Below, in pieces: positions 1-8,750 of a stretch of 64,000 bases of DNA; position 1 is the stretch's first letter; each line of letters starts with the position of its first letter. Location of the stretch: the NCBI GenBank assembly GCA_003154115.1, contig PMCF01000212.1:1277-65276 (forward strand), in the 5' to 3' direction. The position numbers were made by a program, and so were the translations under genes. The notes under the pieces are model-generated. The model was not told where the DNA came from, made no database searches, and saw only the letters and a program-made list of their open reading frames with translations. The DNA is from Anaerolineae bacterium (GTDB taxonomy: Bacteria; Chloroflexota; Anaerolineae; Fen-1058).

Positions 1-1473
1 CGTGTGCGGTTTGGGAATGAACGTACTCGCGCCGATGTTGACCTGCGCCGCGTTGCCGTGCAGTTTGCGTCCTTCGCGCAGCACCGCCTTGGCCAGATCC
101 ACAATCGCCTGCACGTCTTCCAAGGTCTCACTGGGATGGCCGATCATGAAGTACAACTTGATCGTCCGCCAACCGCGCGAGAAGACTTCGCGCGTCGTCT
201 CGATTACTTGTGGTGTGGGAATGAACTTGTTGATCACGCGCCGCATGTGTTCAGTCGCCGCTTCGGGCGCAAAAGTGAAACCGCCGCGCCGATTGTCCTT
301 CAGCGCTTCCATGAGATCCGCCGAGGCCGACTCAATCCGCAGCGATGGCAGCGACACCGATAGATGTTGCCCGGCAAATTTTTCGCCGATGGCGCGCGAC
401 AATTCCTTCACCCGCGTGTAATCGCTGGACGACAATGACAACAGCGCAATCTCTTCAAAGCCGGTCTCGCGCATGATGTCTTCGACCGCCGCGAGCACTT
501 CATCCACCTTGCGTTCGCGCACGGGGCGCGTCACCATCCCCGCGTGACAGAAGCGGCAGCCGCGCGTGCACCCGCGCATAATCTCGATCGGCGCGCGGTT
601 GTGCGAAATATCGATGTAGGGCACGATGAACTTGGTGATGGGCGGCGGCAGCACCGGCACGATGCGCTTGCTCACCCGGGCGGGCAGTTCCGGCTCGATC
701 GGCTGTACACGCTCGATCGTGCCATCGAGATGATAGGCGACTTCGTACAGACTCGGCACATACACGCCGTCGATGCGGGCCAGGCGGCGCAAGAGGTCCG
801 ATCGAGCCTCCTTCGACTCCACGGCGAGCGCATGCTGAGCGGAATGCAATGAAGTCGAAGCACGCCCGCCGCTCCGCTCGGGATGCTCTCGTTTCCACTG
901 CTCGATGCAGCGTGCCACCTCGACGATGACTTCTTCGCCCTCCCCAATCGCAAAGGCGTCGATGAAGTCCGCCATCGGTTCGGGGTTGTAAGTCGCATGG
1001 CCGCCCGCCAAAACGATCGGGTGGTTTACATCCCGCTCGGCGGCTCGCACCGGCACGCCGCCCAGATCGAGCAGGTTCAGCACATTGCTGTACAACTGCT
1101 CGTAAGGCAGGCTGATGCCGATGAGGTCAAATTCGTGGAGCGGATGGTGCGTTTCGAGCGAATACAACGGCAAACCTTCGCGGCGCATGACCGCTTCCAT
1201 GTCGCTCCACGGGCAGTAAGTGCGCTCGCACAAAATTCCCGCACGCCGATTGAGGATGTCATACAGCGTGGCCAGTCCCAGATTGGACATGCCCAGTTCG
1301 TAGATGTCCGGGAAGGCCAACGCCACGCGAATGCTGGCCGCCTCCCAGTCGTTGACGACTTGATTGTGTTCGCCGCCCGTATAGCGACCCGGCTTCTCGA
1401 CGGTCAACAAGACCCGATCGAGCACGGCGTCGATCTCGCGCGGCGTCCAGCGTTGAGTGATTATCATTTCCAT
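1..1473 (-). CDS. B12-binding-domain radical SAM protein (TIGR03960-like); N-terminus complete, C-terminal part lies beyond the window
   Basis: Absent from the ORF track because there is no stop inside the window. Reverse translation from ATG 1473-1471 reads MEMIITQRWTPREIDAVLDRVLLTVEKPGRY. Positions 600-541 reverse-translate to NRAPIEIMRGCTRGCRFCHA, the CxxxCxxC radical SAM cluster motif. The frame stays open to position 1. Plus-strand ORFs 544..852 and 883..1488 are shadow frames. Confidence 0.8.
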   Translation of the reverse strand, partial: MEMIITQRWTPREIDAVLDRVLLTVEKPGRYTGGEHNQVVNDWEAASIRVALAFPDIYELGMSNLGLATLYDILNRRAGILCERTYCPWSDMEAVMRREGLPLYSLETHHPLHEFDLIGISLPYEQLYSNVLNLLDLGGVPVRAAERDVNHPIVLAGGHATYNPEPMADFIDAFAIGEGEEVIVEVARCIEQWKREHPERSGGRASTSLHSAQHALAVESKEARSDLLRRLARIDGVYVPSLYEVAYHLDGTIERVQPIEPELPARVSKRIVPVLPPPITKFIVPYIDISHNRAPIEIMRGCTRGCRFCHAGMVTRPVRERKVDEVLAAVEDIMRETGFEEIALLSLSSSDYTRVKELSRAIGEKFAGQHLSVSLPSLRIESASADLMEALKDNRRGGFTFAPEAATEHMRRVINKFIPTPQVIETTREVFSRGWRTIKLYFMIGHPSETLEDVQAIVDLAKAVLREGRKLHGNAAQVNIGASTFIPKPHT

Positions 1474-1639
1474 CGCAGCCCCCGCTAAACAGACTCCCGC
1501 AGGTCGACGGCCCCCCTGTTGGGGGACTTCCTGCGGGAGAGATGTGCTTTTATTTTACCACACGCGTCAGCAAAATCGATTGACTTTTAGGGCGCACATG
1601 GTAGAATCGCCGCACTTTCCTACAAACAAATGGACAGCA

Positions 1640-2071
1640 ATGAATCGTCTTTCTATTGTTATGGTTGCGCTGAGCGCATTGCTCGCCGCTTGTGGTGGTG
1701 GCGGCGGTGCGGGTGCCGTTGCCAATTCTGCGAAAGCCTATTATGAGGCGTATTCTCGGCTAGACTTTGCCAAAATGAAAGAGATGACATGCGAAGCTCA
1801 GAAGAGCGGCCTCGATCTAGCACTCGCTTCCATTACCGGAAGCGGTCAAACTGTAGATCAGATCAAGCAGGTGCTCAAAATCGATGTATCTGGACTCAAG
1901 TTTGAAGAGAAGTCGATAAGCGGTAATATTGGAACTGTAGTTGTTTCTGGCAAGATGAGGTTGGAAGCCCTGGGACAATCGCAAGATCAAGATGTCAACA
2001 ACGAAGAACTTCCTATGGTTAACGAAGGCGGTCAATGGAAGGTTTGTACCACTAAGTTGCCAGGTGGTTAA
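1640..2071 (+). CDS. small secreted lipoprotein, function unknown (paralogue of 2126..2569)
   Basis: ORF 1457..2071 trimmed to ATG 1640. MNRLSIVMVALSALLAAC gives a signal peptide plus lipobox. It shares SGLKFEE, SGKM-L-ALGQSQ and W-KVC blocks with the next gene. Confidence 0.7.
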   Translation: MNRLSIVMVALSALLAACGGGGGAGAVANSAKAYYEAYSRLDFAKMKEMTCEAQKSGLDLALASITGSGQTVDQIKQVLKIDVSGLKFEEKSISGNIGTVVVSGKMRLEALGQSQDQDVNNEELPMVNEGGQWKVCTTKLPGG

Positions 2072-2125
2072 AACTCAAGTGGGTCTTCTGCCCCACGAAT
2101 TGATGCTACAGGAATCTGATCGGCC

Positions 2126-2569
2126 ATGAAATACCGGTGGGCAGTTCGAGCGACGTTGCTGCTGCTGGCAAGTCTGCTGCTGTTGAGCGCGTGCAGCGCA
2201 GGGGGCGGCCCGGCCATTGCAGCCACCCGCGGCTGGCTGCAATCTCTGGCCGATTTGAACTTTAAGCAGGTGATGGATCAGACGTGCGCCAACCCGAAAG
2301 TGCGCACTGAAATCGAAGTGAGGCTTGATCCGTTTATTGATATTCAAGCCACCTTGCAAACTTTGAAAGGCCAGTTTGACTTCAGCGGCTTGAAGTTTGA
2401 AGAGCTCAGCAACGACGGTCGGACCGCGCAGATTCAGTTGAGCGGGAAAATGGTGTTGAAGGCGCTGGGCCAAAGCCAGGCGCTGGATGTCTACGAAGAC
2501 CTGACCGTCGTCAAAGAAAATGATGTCTGGAAGGTGTGCGCTAACGCCGCCAACTTGCTGAAGTTCTAG
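2126..2569 (+). CDS. small secreted lipoprotein, function unknown (paralogue of 1640..2071)
   Basis: MKYRWAVRATLLLLASLLLLSAC gives a signal peptide plus lipobox. Conserved blocks are shared with the upstream gene. Confidence 0.75.
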   Translation: MKYRWAVRATLLLLASLLLLSACSAGGGPAIAATRGWLQSLADLNFKQVMDQTCANPKVRTEIEVRLDPFIDIQATLQTLKGQFDFSGLKFEELSNDGRTAQIQLSGKMVLKALGQSQALDVYEDLTVVKENDVWKVCANAANLLKF

Positions 2570-2597
2570 TCAAGCGATCCAAAACCGTGTATAATCC

Positions 2598-2615
2598 GGG
2601 GCGCTGCGGCGCCCC
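2598..2615 (+). terminator. GC-rich hairpin after the lipoprotein gene (weak terminator candidate)
   Basis: GGGGCGC (2598-2604), loop TGCG, GCGCCCC (2609-2615). The trailing sequence TACTT is only weakly T-rich. Confidence 0.3.
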
Positions 2616-2620
2616 TACTT

Positions 2621-2694
2621 GGCCCATTCGTCTAGCGGACTAGGACGTCGCCCTCTCAAGGCGAAGATCGCGGGTTCGAACCCCGCATGGGCCA
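2621..2694 (+). tRNA. tRNA-Glu (anticodon CUC)
   Basis: Hand-folded 74-nt cloverleaf. Acceptor stem GGCCCAT/ATGGGCC with discriminator A. D arm GTCT-AGCGGACTA-GGAC. Anticodon stem TCGCC/GGCGA with loop CTCTCAA (anticodon CTC). T arm GCGGG-TTCGAAC-CCCGC. No CCA is encoded. Confidence 0.9.
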
Positions 2695-2700
2695 CAGGTC

Positions 2701-2738
2701 AAAAACTTCCCAAGCACGACGGGGAGTTTTTGTTGTTT
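2701..2738 (+). terminator. rho-independent terminator after tRNA-Glu
   Basis: AAAAACTTCCC (2701-2711) pairs with GGGGAGTTTTT (2721-2731) with one G-U pair and a 9-nt loop. It is followed by GTTGTTT. Confidence 0.6.
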
Positions 2739-2847
2739 CCACCATCATTCTCAATAACAACTTTTATCTGACATTAACATGCCTTTCATCTAAGAGTTGC
2801 ATAGTATTTCGTTAGGACGACCCAACTCCGGATCATATACGTTGTAC

Positions 2848-2884
2848 GCAAAATGACATCTTGACTGATCAGATGTCATTTTGC
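2848..2884. promoter_or_regulatory. perfect 14-bp inverted repeat in the leader of the ABC operon (operator or 5' UTR hairpin)
   Basis: GCAAAATGACATCT (2848-2861), 9-nt spacer TGACTGATC, AGATGTCATTTTGC (2871-2884). It ends 25 nt before the TTG start at 2910. Confidence 0.35.
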
Positions 2885-2909
2885 GTGAGTCACCAGTTGG
2901 AGGAACGAC

Positions 2910-3887
2910 TTGATCGATGCAACCCAGTTATCCAAAGCATATGGCGAAGTGCAGGCATTGGCTGAGGTAAGTTTCCAAGTAGCCGCCGGTGAAATCGTTG
3001 GCTTGCTAGGCCCGAATGGGGCGGGCAAGACGACGGCGATCAAAATCCTGACAGGCTACCTGCAGCCGGATGAGGGCAGCGTGACGATCGATGGCCTGGA
3101 TGTGCTCACGCACACACTGGAAGTTCAAAGCCGCATCGGCTACTTGCCCGAAAACGCCCCACTGTACCCCGAGCTCTCCGTGCAAAAATATCTGATGCTG
3201 ATGGCCGATCTGCGGCAGATGCCACCGGCCGATCGGCTGGCGCGCATTTCTGAAGCGGTTCAGGCGACTGCTCTCACCGATTATCTGACGCGCCCGATCG
3301 GCCAGCTCTCGAAAGGGCTTCGTCAACGTGTCGGCCTGGCGCAGGCCATCCTGCATAAACCGCGTTTGTTGATCCTCGACGAGCCGACGGTGGGGCTTGA
3401 TCCCACACAGATTGTCGAGATTCGCCGCCTGATTAAACGGCTGGCGAAGCACAGCACCATCCTCTTCTCCACCCACATCCTGCCTGAGGTCGAAGCGCTG
3501 TGCGATCGAGTCTTGATCTTGATGAACGGCCGGGTGCGAGCGGATGCACACCTGTCTGAACTGGAAGCCACATCTGACGCTATTCTGGTCTTGCAAGACA
3601 AAACGAAGAACGTGGATGCGATGCTGCGTCAGATCAAAGGCGTGCGCGGCGTCGAGCGAATGACGATGTCCGACGGGTTTCCAGCTTATCGCATTCAGGG
3701 CGCAGCCAAAGCCGATCTTACTCCGTCCGTATATGCCCTGGCGCGCGATAACGCCTGGCCGCTGCGCGAACTACGCCGTGATGTGCGCACGCTCGAAGCC
3801 GTCTTCAATCAACTGGCAACCACCGAGGTGGCAACCACTGAAGTGGCAACCACTGAAGTGGCAACGACGAAAGTCGAAGAAGCCTGA
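2910..3887 (+). CDS. ABC transporter ATP-binding protein (ABC-2 / gliding-type exporter family)
   Basis: Walker A GPNGAGKTT, ABC signature LSKGLRQRV, Walker B LLILDEPT. TTG start preceded by GGAGGA at 2899-2904. The C-terminal tail is a TTEVA repeat. Confidence 0.9.
   Translation: MIDATQLSKAYGEVQALAEVSFQVAAGEIVGLLGPNGAGKTTAIKILTGYLQPDEGSVTIDGLDVLTHTLEVQSRIGYLPENAPLYPELSVQKYLMLMADLRQMPPADRLARISEAVQATALTDYLTRPIGQLSKGLRQRVGLAQAILHKPRLLILDEPTVGLDPTQIVEIRRLIKRLAKHSTILFSTHILPEVEALCDRVLILMNGRVRADAHLSELEATSDAILVLQDKTKNVDAMLRQIKGVRGVERMTMSDGFPAYRIQGAAKADLTPSVYALARDNAWPLRELRRDVRTLEAVFNQLATTEVATTEVATTEVATTKVEEA
3816..3875 (+). repeat. in-frame 15-bp tandem repeat, about 4 copies, encoding (A/T)TTEV repeats
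   Basis: GCAACCACCGAGGTG / GCAACCACTGAAGTG / GCAACCACTGAAGTG / GCAACGACGAAAGTC at 3816, 3831, 3846 and 3861. Confidence 0.85.
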
Positions 3888-3911
3888 ACATCTGATCTGC
3901 AATCTCTTTGA

Positions 3912-6833
3912 ATGCCTATGAAACAAATACTTGCCCTCACCCGTAAAGAAGTCAACGCCTATTTTGGCTCGCCCATGGCGCTGATCTTTCTCGGCGCTTT
4001 TCTGGCCGTGACGCTGTTCGCCTTCTTCTGGGTGGAAACGTTTTTCGCGCGCGGCGTAGCCGACGTACGCCCCTTGTTCCGCTGGATGCCGCTGTTGTTG
4101 ATCTTCCTCGTCGCAGCGCTGACGATGCGCCAGTGGAGTGAGGAACAGCGCTCAGGTACGCTGGAAATGCTGCTGACCTTGCCGGTGCGCCCGCTCCAGC
4201 TCGTCATCGGCAAGTTTCTCGCCGTCATGACGATGGTCGTCGTCGCATTGGTGCTCACCCTGCCCTTAGCCATCACCGTGTCCAGTCTGGGCAACCTCGA
4301 TTGGGGACCCGTCATCGGCGGTTATCTGGCCGCGTTGTTGTTGGCAGCCGCCTATGCCGCGATCGGCCTCTTCGTCTCAGCGCGCACCGACAATCAAATC
4401 GTCGCGCTCATCATCACAGTCTTGATCGGCGCATTATTCTACCTTATCGGGACGGGTGGCGTGACGGATTTCGTCGGCGGCAACGTGGCCGATGTGCTGC
4501 GCGCCGTCGGCACTAGCAGCCGCTTTGAAAGCATCGAGCGTGGTGTGGTCGATCTGCGCGACCTGATCTATTACCTGTCGCTGACCGGTATCTTCCTGAC
4601 ACTCAACACGCTCTCGCTCGATCGCAAGCGCTGGAGCAGTGGCGAACAAACCATGACCTATCGACGCGCCAAGACCATCACGGCGTGGCTCGTCAGCGCC
4701 AACCTGATCCTGATCAACGTCTGGGTTTATCCGCTGGCCGGGGCGCGGCTCGATCTGACGGCCCAACAGGAGTTCAGTCTGTCGCAGACCACTCACGATC
4801 TGCTGGGAAATCTGCAAGAGCCGCTGGTCATGCGCGCGTATATCAGCGAGAAGACGCACCCGCTGCTCGCGCCGTTGATTCCGCAAATTCGCGACATGTT
4901 CAAAGAATACGAAATCGCCTCGAACGGCAAAGTCAAGGCCGACGTGGTCGATCCGGCGAATGATCCCGCCGTGGAAGCAGAAGCCACGCAGACGTATGGC
5001 ATTCAACCGACGCCGCTGCAAGTGGCCGGCCGGTTCGAAGCCTCGGTGATTAATGCCTACTTCGATATTCTGGTGCGCTATGGCGATCAGACGATGGTGC
5101 TCAACTTCCGTGACTTGATCGAAGCCACCCCGAATCGGGATGGCACGGTCGACGTGCAGCTGCGCAATCTGGAATACGATCTCACCCGCGCCGTCAAGAA
5201 AGTCGTCTACGGGTTCCAGAGTCTCGACAATGTTTTTGCGGCGATGCCAGGCCCGGTGAAGCTTCAATTAGTCACGACGCCCGCGACCTTGCCACAGTCC
5301 TTGCAAACAGTGCCCGACACGATCAAGAAAGTCGCCGGCGACATCGCCAAACAAGCGGGCGGCAAATTCGCGTTTGAGATCGTGAATCCCGACGGGCCGA
5401 ATCCGGCGATCGATCGGCGCACGTTGCAAGACACGTTCAAATTGCAGCCGATCCCGGCGTCACTCTTCTCGAATCAATCGTATTACCTCGATATGCTCCT
5501 GACCATCGGCGATAAGACACAGCCCATCTATCCCGCCCAGGATTTCAGCGAGGCGTCCGTGCGCACGGCAATCGAATCGGCCTTGAAGCGATCGTCGTCG
5601 GGTTTCGTCAAAGTAATCGGGTTGTGGACGCCACCCGCCACGCCGCAATCTGATCAGTTCGGCCAGCCGCAACAGCCGCTCTCCTCGTGGCAAACCGTAC
5701 AGCAACAGTTAAGCCAGGACTACAGTGTACGCTCGGTCGATTTGACCAACGGCCAGGTGCCACCCGATGTCGATGTACTGGTCGTCGTCGCGCCCCAGAA
5801 CATGACGGATAAGGAACGTTACGCGATCGATCAATACTTGATGCGCGGCGGTTCGGTCGTCGTCGCCGCCGGCAATTACGCGATCGACAATTCGCAGCTT
5901 GGCAACGGGTTGGGCTTGCGGCCGGTGCAGAACGGCTTGCAGGATATGCTGAACGCCTATGGCATTCAGGTCGAAAATTCTCTCGTAATGGATCAGCAAA
6001 ACGAGCCGTTCCCGGTGCAAGTGGCGCGCAACGTGGGCGGCGTCCAGGTGCAGGAGATTCAAGCGCTCAACTATCCCTTCTTCCCGGATGTGCGGCCCGC
6101 TGCCATGGATCGCAACAGCCCGATCGTAGCGCAGCTGCCCGCCGTAACGATGAACTTTGCCTCGCCGGTCACGCTCGATGAAGCCAAGAATGCCAATCGC
6201 CAAACGAATGTGCTGCTGAAGTCGAGCGCGAATTCGTGGCTGAGCACCAACGTGGACATTCAACCGAACTTCCAATTGTATCCGGCCACCGGCTTCGCGC
6301 CTGCCGCTGATCACAAGTCGTATCCTTTAGCGGTCGCGGTCCAGGGATCGTTTGATAGTTTTTTCAAGGGCAAACCGTCGCCATTCCAGCAGGCCGATCA
6401 ACCGAACGTGGCACAGCCAGCCGGCGCGCAGCCCACGCCGACACCTGCTCCGCAGACAGCGAGTCTCATTGAGTCATCACCCGCTACGGCCCGGCTCGTC
6501 GTCGTGGGCAGTTCCGAATTTCTGGACGACCTCATCTTGCAGTTGTCGTCGCGCTTGACGCAGAATCGTTACTTGGATAACTTGCAGTTTATGCAGAATG
6601 CCGTCGATTGGTCGGTGGAAGATACCGACCTGCTCACGATTCGATCGCGCGGCACGGCCACACACGTACTCAACCCGCTGGATCAGCGCGAGCAATCGAC
6701 GTGGGAGATCGTGAACTATGCCATCGCACTGGCGGCGCTGATCGGTATTGGCGTGCTGTGGTACACCCGCCGTCGCAACGAACAGCCGATCGAGTTGACG
6801 CCGGTTCCAACTGAGAAAGATCCGCAGGATTGA
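3912..6833 (+). CDS. ABC-2 permease fused to a GldG-like auxiliary domain (ABC_transp_aux)
   Basis: The N-terminal ~240 aa carry multiple hydrophobic helices typical of ABC-2 permeases. The remainder looks GldG-like (LVMRAYISEKTHPLLAPLIPQIRDMFKEYEIASNGKVKADVVDP) and ends in a C-terminal TM anchor (IVNYAIALAALIGIGVLWY). It sits directly after the ATPase. Confidence 0.8.
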   Translation: MPMKQILALTRKEVNAYFGSPMALIFLGAFLAVTLFAFFWVETFFARGVADVRPLFRWMPLLLIFLVAALTMRQWSEEQRSGTLEMLLTLPVRPLQLVIGKFLAVMTMVVVALVLTLPLAITVSSLGNLDWGPVIGGYLAALLLAAAYAAIGLFVSARTDNQIVALIITVLIGALFYLIGTGGVTDFVGGNVADVLRAVGTSSRFESIERGVVDLRDLIYYLSLTGIFLTLNTLSLDRKRWSSGEQTMTYRRAKTITAWLVSANLILINVWVYPLAGARLDLTAQQEFSLSQTTHDLLGNLQEPLVMRAYISEKTHPLLAPLIPQIRDMFKEYEIASNGKVKADVVDPANDPAVEAEATQTYGIQPTPLQVAGRFEASVINAYFDILVRYGDQTMVLNFRDLIEATPNRDGTVDVQLRNLEYDLTRAVKKVVYGFQSLDNVFAAMPGPVKLQLVTTPATLPQSLQTVPDTIKKVAGDIAKQAGGKFAFEIVNPDGPNPAIDRRTLQDTFKLQPIPASLFSNQSYYLDMLLTIGDKTQPIYPAQDFSEASVRTAIESALKRSSSGFVKVIGLWTPPATPQSDQFGQPQQPLSSWQTVQQQLSQDYSVRSVDLTNGQVPPDVDVLVVVAPQNMTDKERYAIDQYLMRGGSVVVAAGNYAIDNSQLGNGLGLRPVQNGLQDMLNAYGIQVENSLVMDQQNEPFPVQVARNVGGVQVQEIQALNYPFFPDVRPAAMDRNSPIVAQLPAVTMNFASPVTLDEAKNANRQTNVLLKSSANSWLSTNVDIQPNFQLYPATGFAPAADHKSYPLAVAVQGSFDSFFKGKPSPFQQADQPNVAQPAGAQPTPTPAPQTASLIESSPATARLVVVGSSEFLDDLILQLSSRLTQNRYLDNLQFMQNAVDWSVEDTDLLTIRSRGTATHVLNPLDQREQSTWEIVNYAIALAALIGIGVLWYTRRRNEQPIELTPVPTEKDPQD

Positions 6834-6847
6834 AGGAGACACGAGCG

Positions 6848-7954
6848 ATGAATCGAAGAAATCAAATTCTGGCAGCGCTGCTCGTGGCGCAATTGATCAT
6901 CGTGGCGATCGTCTGCGTGCCACGCGTGCTGCCCGCGCCGTCAGCAACCGCGCCGCTCTTGGGCGCAGTGAAAGCCGCGGACGTCACGGGCCTGGTCATT
7001 CAAGAGCAGAACGGTAACCAGGTCGAGCTAGCCAAGAAAGACACAGCGTGGATCGTGCCGAACAGCGACGACTACGCAGCGAGCAGCGCTAAGATCACGG
7101 CGTTCGTCACCAAGCTGATCGGGCTGCAATCCGATCCACTGGTGACGCGCACGGTCAGCAGCCACAAACGCCTGCAAGTAGCCGATGATACTTTTGTACG
7201 CAAGATCGATCTGAAGTTGGCGGATGGCAGCACGCGCACTCTATACCTCGGCAGCGGGTCGGGAGGGGGCACGACTTACGTGCGCCTCGGCAGTCAGGAT
7301 GATGTTTATCTAGCACGTGGCCTTAACAGTTTTGAAGCGGGCGCCGACGTTGCTGCGTGGATCGATCCCACTTACTTGAGTGTGCCGCAGGCCCAGCTGT
7401 TGTCGGCGACGATTGAAAATGCTCAGGGCAAGTGGCAGTTTGCGAAGAACGCGCAGAGTCAATGGACACAACCAGGCGCAGCAGACACGAGCAAGTTTGA
7501 TCCGAATAGCGTGACGACTTTGCTAGGGCGGTTGAGTTCACTCGCAATGGTCAAGCCGTTGGGCAAAACGGACAAACCTGAGTATGGTCTCGATAAGCCG
7601 ATGGCGACTGTGACGGTCATCGTGTCAGCTACGGCCAGCACCAAAGTCACCACCCTGCGTATCGGCACAAAGGATAAAGACGGCAACTATCCGGTGATCT
7701 CATCTGATTCGCAGTATGTCGTGGCAGTAGCCGGAGCCAACCTCGATCCATTCGTAAACGCGAGCCAGGACACATTCCTGATCAAGGCCACGCCTACGCC
7801 GAACGCGCTTTCGCTACCAACGCCTGAGGCCGTCTTGCCGACGTTGGAAGCCACGCCCGTGTTGATCCCAACCGTTGTCGTGACATCAACGCCAGTGTCA
7901 ACATCCACAATAACCATACCCGTCACTTCCACTGGCACGCCGCAACCCAAGTAG
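6848..7954 (+). CDS. DUF4340-like membrane-anchored protein (usual partner of GldG-type ABC systems)
   Basis: ORF 6830..7954 trimmed to ATG 6848, which is preceded by GAAGGAGA. N-terminal TM helix (ILAALLVAQLIIVAIV). Operon position matches the known ATPase/permease/GldG/DUF4340 order. The tail is rich in Thr, Pro and Val. Confidence 0.65.
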   Translation: MNRRNQILAALLVAQLIIVAIVCVPRVLPAPSATAPLLGAVKAADVTGLVIQEQNGNQVELAKKDTAWIVPNSDDYAASSAKITAFVTKLIGLQSDPLVTRTVSSHKRLQVADDTFVRKIDLKLADGSTRTLYLGSGSGGGTTYVRLGSQDDVYLARGLNSFEAGADVAAWIDPTYLSVPQAQLLSATIENAQGKWQFAKNAQSQWTQPGAADTSKFDPNSVTTLLGRLSSLAMVKPLGKTDKPEYGLDKPMATVTVIVSATASTKVTTLRIGTKDKDGNYPVISSDSQYVVAVAGANLDPFVNASQDTFLIKATPTPNALSLPTPEAVLPTLEATPVLIPTVVVTSTPVSTSTITIPVTSTGTPQPK

Positions 7955-7962
7955 AAAAAATT

Positions 7963-8008
7963 CGCCGCCGCGCCATCCCAATCAATCGATCGGGATGGCG
8001 CGGCGGCG
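7963..8008 (+). terminator. very strong 17-bp perfect hairpin ending the ABC operon
   Basis: CGCCGCCGCGCCATCCC (7963-7979), 12-nt loop, GGGATGGCGCGGCGGCG (7992-8008). There is an A-run before it and no clear T-run after it. Confidence 0.5.
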
Positions 8009-8117
8009 AGTAAGAGATCGAACAACTCAAGCCTCTTAGCTAGCACCACGCACCAGGGGCTCGACCCTTCTCAGGTATCATTAGTCGTTGTTATCTTTTA
8101 CTCTGAGGAGCGCTGCC

Positions 8118-8657
8118 ATGAAACCTCGCCACCTTGCCATCAGTTTGATATTGATCTCGTTCACGTTGTTGGCCTGCACGTTAGCCGGTTCAGCTGCGCC
8201 GTCCGAAGGCACCGCGCCTACTCCACCCGGCACATCCACTGAGGCCACACTACCGCCGTTAGCGCCGGGGACGTTGGTGCCCACGCGCATCCCACCCACA
8301 CCGACTCTAGCGGTCACCACCACGCCGAGCGCCACCCCGACTCTGACGGCGACCCTCACCCCTACCAATACACCCCGCCCTGTCTCAACCGGGCCGCTGG
8401 ATTTTACCATCAGCATCATCGGGTGTCGCCCCGATGCCGCCCGCGAAGGCGGCGTGATCCTGAAAATGCGCTTTGACGCCACGGGCGGCAACGGCGTCTA
8501 CACCTATTATCGCGAGAACCAACGCACCACGCGCACCTTTGAACGCCCCGCCACCAAGGGCACGGCCGTCATCGATTCATATCGGGTCGAATCGGGCGAT
8601 GGGCAAAGCGTCGACAAAAAAGAGCGTTTCACCGGCGCTCAATTCGGCTGTCCTTAA
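8118..8657 (+). CDS. hypothetical lipoprotein with a Pro/Thr-rich linker
   Basis: ORF 8088..8657 trimmed to ATG 8118 after GAGGAG (8105-8110). MKPRHLAISLILISFTLLAC gives a lipobox. A long PT-rich linker precedes a ~90-aa globular C-terminus. Confidence 0.6.
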   Translation: MKPRHLAISLILISFTLLACTLAGSAAPSEGTAPTPPGTSTEATLPPLAPGTLVPTRIPPTPTLAVTTTPSATPTLTATLTPTNTPRPVSTGPLDFTISIIGCRPDAAREGGVILKMRFDATGGNGVYTYYRENQRTTRTFERPATKGTAVIDSYRVESGDGQSVDKKERFTGAQFGCP

Positions 8658-8684
8658 CCCGATCGGTCTCAGCCAGTTCAGCGA

Positions 8685-8721
8685 CAAAAACAGCGCGCCC
8701 GATTTTCACCGAGCGCGCTGT
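8685..8721 (-). terminator. rho-independent terminator of the PA14 gene (minus strand)
   Basis: ACAGCGCGC (8690-8698) pairs with GCGCGCTGT (8713-8721). On the minus strand the stem is followed by TTTTT, the complement of 8685-8689. Confidence 0.55.
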
Positions 8722-8750
8722 CGTGTTAGAACGATTACGTCTCAACGCGG

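Noticed and set aside
544-1488. Plus-strand ORFs 544..852 and 883..1488 (102 and 201 aa), and minus-strand ORFs 500..898 and 672..998.
   Set aside because: Their translations are Arg/Ala/His-rich with no motifs. The minus-strand frame ending at position 1 gives a clean radical SAM protein with a CxxxCxxC motif, so these are shadow or alternative frames of that gene.
3816-3875. Possible CRISPR-like or regulatory repeat array.
   Set aside because: The units are 15 bp, directly abutting with no spacers, in frame inside a CDS, and no cas genes are present. It is a coding minisatellite.
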